Positions 62,180 to 64,000 of a stretch of 64,000 bases of DNA are shown one piece after another (within the stretch, counting starts at the first letter, position 1; every line of letters starts with the position of its first letter). The stretch is from Callorhinchus milii (taxonomy: Eukaryota), in NCBI RefSeq assembly GCF_018977255.1, contig NW_024704783.1:62001-126000 (forward strand), read 5' to 3'. The translations under genes were made by a program, and so were the position numbers. The notes beneath the pieces were generated by a model that had not been told where the DNA came from, did no database searches, and worked only from the letters and a program-made list of their open reading frames with translations.

Positions 62180-63690
62180 TCAGTCCCTAACCGCTGCCTT
62201 TGAGTCCTCTGAACTCCACTCCCTCTGGCCTTCAACCCTCACTGATCACTCTTCACCTATCACCCACTCCTCCACACTCGATACTCTTGCCCCCATCACC
62301 TCCCGTACTGCCTCCTACTCCCGCTCCTCCCCCTGGTTCACCACCCACCTCTTCTCACTGAAGAGCCAGGCGCGGGCTGCTGAACACACCTGCGTCAAAT
62401 CTGCCCTAACGGTCCACAGACAAATCTGGCTGTACCTCCCCCAAATCTACCGCTCCACTCTAACCTCGGCCAAGTGGTCCTTCTACTCCAGGATAATCAT
62501 GGAGTCGAAGAACAACCCCAGGCTATTGTTTTCTGCCACATCCCGACTCCTCCGTCCACCCCGCCACCACTTGCTGATCATCTGGTCATCTTCTTCAACC
62601 TTCACTGCGAGGAGATGCTGGATTTCCTTGAATCGAAAATCAAGGGAATCCGCTCCGCGGTCACACTCCCTCCAACTTCCAGCCATCCGCTCACCGCCTT
62701 TCTCCCACACTCCGACTCCTACCCTCCTGCACTGCACACCTTCGTTCCCTTTTCCCCACCCTCTGTCACCAAACTCATCCTGTTCCTGAAATCCACCACC
62801 TGCTCCCCACGTCACTACTTATCTCTCAGCTCCACCTCCCTGCCCCACATATCACTGACATCATCAACTTATCCCATTCCTCTTGCTCTTTTCCCATTCC
62901 CATAAAAACTGCCATCATCACTCACAATTTGAAAACACCCTCCCTGGATACGTCGCAGCTATCAAGCTACCGGCCCACCTCCAACCTACCCGTCCTTTCC
63001 CAGGTCCTTGAAATAGTTGTCGCCTCCCAGCTGCTCTCTTTCCTCTCCACCCATGCAATATACGCCCTGGTCAAGATCACCAATGACATCTTGACCATCT
63101 GCGACCAGGGCTCCCGCTGCAGTTCGTGTTCTATCACGCACCAGGCTTCGGGACAACATCACTCCTACCCTCGCCCTCCTTCGCCTACACTGGCTCCCCA
63201 TCCCGCAGAGATCGAATTCATGATCCTCATCCTCACCTACCTGGCCATTCAACGCCTTGCTCCCTCCTACCACACCAACCTACTATTCCCCTATCTACCT
63301 GCCCGTACCCTCCGTTCCTCTGGCACCAGTCTGCTCCACAAACCCCGCCCCAAACGCCCTACCATCGGTGGCTGGGCCTTCAGCCTCTCAGCCCCTCGGC
63401 TCTGGAACACTATCCCCCAGTGCCTTCGCCTTGCTTCCTCCCTTTCCTCCTTCAAGGCCGGTCTCAAGACCTTTCTCCTTGACCGTGCCTTCAGCTCCCC
63501 TCTCGATTCTCTGTCCACTCCTAGCCCACGCCCTTCGCTTCCATCACCCTGACCATTTCCCCCCTCCTCGCTCCCTCCCTTCCCTCCCCTCACCCTGACC
63601 ATTTCCCCACTGATCGGTTCCTGATCCAACTGTCCATCGCTTTGGGACGTCCTCCCGTCGTGGAAGGTGCTCCATGAATGGAATATTCTT
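62180..63690 (+). mobile_element. Internally deleted L2 LINE
   Basis: YRPTSNLPVLSQVLEIVVASQL, ALVKITNDIL, LAPSY...RTLRSS...WAFSLSAPRLWNTIP..LRLASSLSSFKAGLKTFL, then L2 tail. Confidence 0.88.
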
Positions 63691-64000
63691 GTTGCTTTTG
63701 TTATTGACTGTTTGCGTTAGACTGCTGTGAGCAATTGGCTTCCGTGCGTCGTCCAAGAACATTCAGAGCAATTGGCTTCACATTATCTTCTGTGGCGCTT
63801 TGATATGTCTCAAAGACGTGGTAATGTACTACACAAAATATTGATTATTATTATTATTTTAATATTTACAAATGACGTATGTGTAGGGCGTTTGCCGTCG
63901 GCAGGAAGTCCCATAGCGACGGAAAAATAATTGATTCGAAAATAAAATAATACATTGCCGTCCATTTTCCATGTTTATTAAAGAACACTGTGATGGAGAC

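Overview
Eukaryotic (cartilaginous fish; probably a holocephalan/elephant-shark-type draft assembly, inferred from the genes, SINE/LINE content and N gaps) immune-gene region. + strand, 5.8-12.9 kb: constant part of an IgM-like heavy-chain cluster: a deleted CH2-like pseudo-exon, two intact tandem CH2-like exons, CH3, CH4 with secretory tailpiece, TM1, TM2. No V/D/J or CH1 exon is visible upstream. An older ~4.1-4.3 kb tandem duplication adds an orphan secretory tail and a second open TM1/TM2 pair. An ~18 kb direct duplication (14565-32537 vs 32637-50513; possibly partly an assembly/haplotype artefact) carries a third TM1/TM2 pair, a minisatellite resembling an array of extended CTCF sites, and a minus-strand NLR (death-fold/NACHT/LRR) pseudogene whose lesions are largely shared by both copies. 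Beyond it: the NLR start exon, a CpG-island promoter flanked by an inverted pair of homologous splice-donor elements and long purine/pyrimidine satellites, a decayed C2H2 zinc-finger remnant, an intronless RPS16 retrocopy abutting an L2 LINE fragment, and many CR1/L2/tRNA-SINE fragments. All coordinates were read by eye; repeat boundaries are approximate.
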